Made by a program: the position numbers and the translations under genes. From Schmidtea polychroa (lineage: Eukaryota), in assembly GCA_044892525.1 (NCBI GenBank), contig CM097885.1:260524001-260588000 (forward strand): a stretch of DNA of 64,000 nt, written 5' to 3'. Under the pieces are notes generated by a model that was given only the letters and a program-made list of their open reading frames with translations, was not told the origin of the DNA and did not search any database. This document shows positions 63,401 through 64,000 of this stretch, one piece after another. Position 1 is the first letter of the stretch. Each line of letters begins with the position of its first letter.

Positions 63401-64000
63401 GACCCAGTGCTATTTGAAATTACTCAGTAGAGAAAGAAAATTCTTAAATAAGAGCGATATCATAAATTCAACCATCGAGTGTTCCTTTTTATCGTTTGTT
63501 TCCAGTTTTAATTTTTATGGAGTGGGTAATGCTAATGGTTGCGGTGGAATGAAGCTTACCCTATGCCAAGGATATAAAGAAATCCTCAATTTTCTGATCG
63601 AATGGTTAAAATCAGTTGCAACTACCCGGCTGATTTGACTCGACATGGATGGCTTCTGTCGAGTCAATCGCTGGCACCTTTTATGAATTTTAGTCAGTTA
63701 AGTTAGTAATGATGAAAACAAGGTCGATTAAGAGTAGAGAATATTTAGTTTTTTGTGACATTAGAGAATCACTGAGTAATCAGAATCAGTTTAGCACAGA
63801 ATTAAAAATATAGGCAGATCCGTGTTCAAATTTTTCGAAGAATAAGTCGAATATCCTCAAGTATTGCAGGAAGTATAGAACAACTTTTATTAACTGGGAA
63901 AGAAAGACGGATCCGTTTACAAAATTTTCGAAAATAACATTGAAAAACATCCATGAGGACCATAATGAGGACCATAATTACATGAATCAATGAAAACAAT

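Noticed and set aside
62529-63638. A-rich plus-strand ORFs as host genes
   Set aside because: They have low-complexity composition, follow a gag knuckle and show no domains; most likely decayed retroelement sequence.

Overview
Very AT-rich eukaryotic genomic DNA with three N gaps. The short GT-AG introns (35-53 bp) and the animal-type transposon complement suggest a compact-genome animal; the organism is not identifiable from the sequence alone. Host genes are sparse: Rab7 (minus strand, three exons found, with one 9.2 kb TE-filled intron), a three-exon orphan gene, a jacalin-like exon, an intronless truncated RNF126/115-like RING gene and a BTB-BACK gene. Most of the rest is transposon debris: pogo/Tigger, Tc1/mariner, hAT, a near-complete piggyBac, Merlin, MULE, Gypsy, BEL/Pao, an R2-like element and a long Penelope ORF. 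Three highlights are not visible in the ORF track. (1) At about 56-60 kb lies a frameshifted Polinton/Maverick (adintovirus-like) viral relic with an adenain-like protease, a fibre-like motif, an A32-like packaging ATPase and the N-terminus of a protein-primed PolB, interrupted by a MULE. (2) Two minimal type-I hammerhead ribozyme motifs sit in the direct repeats flanking the Penelope element. (3) A repeated chimeric Gypsy-gag/Penelope unit is joined at microhomologies. All family assignments come from motif recognition by eye, without database searches.
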